Of a stretch of DNA of 64,000 nucleotides, positions 59,701 to 64,000 are shown piece by piece. Every line of letters begins with the position of its first letter. The first letter of the stretch is position 1. A program made the position numbers and the translations under genes. Source of the stretch: the human T2T-CHM13v2.0 reference genome, Homo sapiens; the NCBI RefSeq assembly GCF_009914755.1, contig NC_060940.1, one strand, 5' to 3'. The notes under the pieces were generated by a model. That model had not been told where the DNA came from, did not search any database, and was given only the letters and a program-made list of their open reading frames with translations.

Positions 59701-60380
59701 TTTCAAAGTGGCTTGCCAATGAGCCAAGATTTCTGCCTGGGTCTCTCCCTCGGGGCGGTTTGACACAACCGTAGCTTCTGTGTGCTCCTTTCTCAATCTG
59801 AGTGGCCTGAGGACACAGGACACTGTGCTTTGGACAGAACAGGCGCCCTTTATGATTTAAACTAGCTCCTGCCAAGGAATTCCCTTGCCTAGATTCTATT
59901 AAAACTGGGTTCCCATTTCCCCTGACCATAGTTTTTTAACTCAGGCAGAGGACGGTGGTTCTGAGCTGTGCTGTGATTTCTAATAATAACCATTACCACC
60001 AAATTCTCATACCAGAGCATTTGGATACCCCTATGAGGTTCACTGTAATGGAATCTGCCTTCCTGTTGTGTTTTTACAGTAACGCCCCCATCCTGGTTAA
60101 TTGCACCAGCCTTAGGAACCAGAGCAAGCCAACAGGCCCAAACATCACAGAAATAGGCCAGGCTAACAGCAAGCAATCATTTTAATAACAAATGAAAGCA
60201 TAAACCACAGCACATACTGTACTTCTTCAGGTTACTGACAGGCATCTTCAGTGTGCAGTACGAGTGAGGGTGAGATGGAGTTTATATAAGTTTGTTCAGA
60301 CCAGAATCATTGCTGCCTACTTGTAAGTCAAGGCTAAATCCTTAGAGCTGAGAAACAAGTGAGTTACTCTTAAAAGGTGA

Positions 60381-60705
<325 letters not shown>

Positions 60706-61424
60706 AAAAGGTGAGTTTTATAAAGACAGCTCACTTTCTTCCCCTTTAAATAATTCAAGCCAGTTCCCTACACTTTTACAAAATGTTGCTTAGTCACTTA
60801 AATATTTACTTTTTAAGATGACACTGTTACAACTCTGCAATAAAAATAATTTCTTAAGTAAGGGTCTGCTCTGAGCCCTGAAGCATTTCCAGATTCTTAC
60901 TGATACTTTGTAGGTGGAAGAAAAAAAGCTCCTACCCCTGAAAGATACACCAAAAAGGAACAACTGCACACAGTGACAATAAGGACATGTTTCCTGGATG
61001 CTAGAACTAAGCCACATCACCACTAGCCCTAGAAATACTTTTCCAGCAGTCTGTAATCACAGATTTATTCTAATGAACTAACCACTTTTGGGTCACCAAA
61101 GATGAGCCAGGCCGGTCCTGGGAGTGTCTAGCAAGCATCATTTAAAGTCATAATGATGAAAACTAAATCTCGCTTATTTTAGCTCCTTGCCACTGGGCTG
61201 TCCAATTGGCACTGAGTTGACACAGCAGTTAAATTCAACCTCAAAGCAGCAAGAAGGCAGGCACTTCACTGTCCTGGTGGGAAGAGCCAGGCAGGGGCCT
61301 GTGGAGGGCACCGTTTTAGATGGGCCTTTCCAACCCTCCCTTAACATTCATTTGTGCAAACAAAAAATGGAAGAAAAGGAACCAAAATTAAGTTTCAGGT
61401 GGTTGGGGAAGCAGCATGGATTTA

Positions 61425-61425
<1 letters not shown>

Positions 61426-61467
<42 letters not shown>

Positions 61468-61468
61468 G
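61426..61468. repeat. (TTA)n trinucleotide microsatellite, ~14 units
   Basis: Directly visible. Confidence 0.95.
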
Positions 61469-63533
61469 AATAGTTAGCAAGTGTTTCTCAATAGTTCCCT
61501 GTTCATCAACACTGTTTTCAGGAGAAATGGAAAACAGTAGCTCTATTTCATAGAAAGTACAGCCATTTCAAAAAAAAAAAAAAAAGTGGGGGGGGGTTGT
61601 TGAGAGAGGGAAGTGACCCATGTCATAAAGACAGAAGGTCTCCAAGTCACTTAATTCCTTGTGATTCTGAAAGGGCTGTTTTTAAAGTCTAAAAGTGCTC
61701 GCTTCTGCATCTGCTCCATGTTGTTAAATAACACTTGTGTAATTAAATAAAAGAGCCAACTGTGACCCCAGCCCACTCTGAGAGGCACTTTACATGCTTT
61801 CTGAAAACTATGCTGGAAACACCATGAGGAGAACTCCTTAGTCCTGTAATTTAGCAAAGGGAGAGAGAAAAAGTTTCTTTTGGCCATCATAGCTACACAC
61901 TCTCTGAAAGGGTGCCTGCAGGGTCTCTGCAAAACAGAATGAACACAAATACAGGCGTGCAAACATCCAGGTATGTACCTCTCTGTGAAGACCCCATTCT
62001 TGAAACCCTTCAATTATTTGGAACCGTGGTCTCCTGACTTCCCTCACACCTCACTTTTGCCTTCATTGTTTTTCATGTTTGAGTAGCAAGAGGGATTCAG
62101 AATCTCAGGCTGCCAGTGGCTGTTCTGATAACAAGGAGCAGACTCATGTTTCTTGCTACGGCCTTTCTTGATCAGGTTACCTTGGAAGGTGTATGTTTTC
62201 CTACCCAATGCAGTCCCCACCACAGCACTCTCGTGTCCTCCTCCAGCCCAGCCTCCTGGAACTCGTGATTTTCAGGGTTTCCCTTGAAACCTATCCAGAA
62301 ACCACAGCCATTAACTGAACGTGAAGATTTGACACCTCCTGAATTCAGGAATGAGGGAACTCGAGGGGCCAACTCTACAAACTCGCACCTGCTGCTTGAC
62401 GGCAAGGAAACAGAGTTTCCCCAGCTAGGGTGAGCTTTAAATTATACACTATTTATTTAGTGACTTGTCTCCAAGGATCTCAAAGCATAGAGAGAAATAA
62501 GATGATGTGTAACTTTCTCACAATCTACCTTCAAGGCTTTGCCCTGGTGCATTCTGACAAGCAGGACCCAGTATGAAGGAGAGGCCTTCCTTCTGTGCCC
62601 AGGCAGAGCCATCTGTTCTCTCTGGGGTTTTCTGTCAGTGGCTTTAGGGAGTCTTCAAGGACTGTTAAATGACACAGAGGGTGGGGGGAGGGATGACCCT
62701 CCTGGATTCACCTGCTCACGGCTTTCACTTAAGCCAGTTTAACACAGGAGGTACCACTGTGCCACGCAATTCCCTCTTAGCACACACCATGCGTGAGCTG
62801 CAGTCTTTGCCCTCCAGGCCTTTTCCTATCATAACACAGGTGTGTCCAAGGCAGAAAAGAACATTTTCCAGAAGGTTCGTTTCCCTCCAAGCCTACAATG
62901 CTTCTTTTTGTTGTTATTGTTTTTCTGCTACTGACCTAAACATAGGCATTCCTCCTCCTAACAGGATAAAAATCTTGACTCTCTCCTTTGCATCAGCTCC
63001 CCACCCCGCCCCTGCCCAAGGAAATAAATGCTCTGACTTTTCCAAGAGTGCGAAAAAACTAAAATTAGAGGGTGGACAAGATGATCTCCAAAGGTGCCCT
63101 CCAGCTCCAAAACTCTGATTCTCCCTTTAATTACTCCACAAGCGCATTCTTCACATTGTTTCGAACTGACCAGCGACTTCTCCAGGGCTGAAAAGCGTGC
63201 ATTTTTAGGCGGAGGCACCCAAACTTCTAAATGACACCAGTACCACAAGTATTCAGAAGGCAGGAACTAATCCAAAAGCAGACTCAGGAAAGGAGGAGGG
63301 AGGGGAGGACAGAGGGAAGGGAAGGAAGGAGGAAGGAAGAGCTTTACTGTGTGCCCAGCAGAATTTAGGCGCTCTCACCCTAGGTAGGTGGCAACTGGAG
63401 TCTGGGAGTTCAAGTGCATCCAGCCTGCCCTTCCCCCACACGCCCCAAGAGAATGGGAAGTTCAGCCAAGACTCGCAGCACCTGCCCGCGGCTCCAGGCC
63501 GGCTGCGCGGACCCGGAGGGAGGCTGCACTCAC

Positions 63534-63748
63534 CTGGCACACCAAGCCTCCGCGCACCTCCGGAGGGAGGCGGCACTTGCAGGTCCGGGGGCCGCGCCGC
63601 CATGCGCAACAACGGGAAATTCCAGTGGCACCCGAGCCCCGAGCTCACCCACCCCAGGCGGCATGCTCCCCACCTCCCGCTGGCCCCAGGACTCGGAGGT
63701 GGCTCTGGTCAGGAGCAGGGGGCCCGGAGACAGGGGAGGGGAGCTCAT
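63534..63748 (-). CDS. Upstream ATG/ORF in exon 1 (MSSPPLSPGPLLL...), open through the splice donor; uORF or N-terminal extension
   Basis: GCCGCCACCATGA context (63757-63745); 71 codons + 2 nt to the donor without a stop; translation unproven. Confidence 0.35.
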
Positions 63749-64000
63749 GGTGGCGGCAGGGCTGGCGGTCGGCCCGTCCCCGGAGGGAGGTCCCCGGGAC
63801 GCGGCGGGGATTCACCCACGGGGCGCGGCGCTGGCGTCCGGGTCCCCGGCCTGCCCGCCGCCGCCGCCTCCTCCTCTGCCGCCGCCCGCCCGGAATCGCT
63901 TTATGTAAATGAAGCCCAACTCGCAGTTTGCAGCGCGCACCGCCCGGGGAAGGGGGGCGGGCGGGGCGGGGGGCCTTCGGGGATCCACATTACACAGCAA
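63534..64000 (-). other. ZFHX3: First exon (5' leader) of the minus-strand host gene, probably ZFHX3; 5' boundary not determined
   Basis: Consensus donor GCCAG|GTGAGT at 63534/63533 inside the CpG island; gene name from recollection. Confidence 0.7.

Larger units (their letters stand above)
63465..64000. promoter_or_regulatory. CpG island at the promoter/first exon (continues beyond the window)
   Basis: Abrupt rise in GC and CpG density; GC boxes GGGGCGGG at ~63953-63972. Confidence 0.9.

Noticed and set aside
61187-61477. ORF ending in poly-leucine (signal/TM-like)
   Set aside because: The poly-L is just the (TTA)n microsatellite
63641-63652. Alternative donor TGG|GTGAGC inside exon 1
   Set aside because: Weaker than the consensus donor at 63534; cannot be supported without reads
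63855-63875. Could be the ZFHX3 SCA4 GGC expansion locus
   Set aside because: That repeat is in the last coding exon of ZFHX3, not exon 1

Overview
Primate (almost certainly human) genomic DNA: about 38 Alu copies or fragments plus MIR, L1M, L2, CR1/L3, MLT1 LTR and MER DNA-transposon relics, and no convincing protein-coding exon. The right end is a CpG island holding a minus-strand first exon that ends in a perfect CAG|GTGAGT donor (63534/63533), so 1-63533 reads as part of one very large first intron of a minus-strand gene. From memory, not verified, the exon and intron sequence resemble ZFHX3 (ATBF1) exon 1/intron 1, the 16q22 atrial-fibrillation association interval. The most striking unexplained structure is a non-Alu inverted repeat with ~235 bp arms (28076-28313 / 28556-28789, ~88% identity by hand alignment). 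In the host-gene sense its loop carries a strong 3' splice acceptor, and its downstream arm carries two AATAAA signals, both at arm mismatches and one with an A opposite a C (ADAR-type site). This is a candidate structure- and editing-gated intronic terminal exon (attenuator). Other points: a perfect-Kozak upstream ATG in exon 1 that is open through the donor, a retroposed mRNA 3' end inside an MLT1 LTR, a decayed CR1 reverse-transcriptase relic, a recursive-splice-like junction and several enhancer-like motif clusters. Repeat family calls are by eye and coordinates are approximate (about +/-10 bp unless stated).
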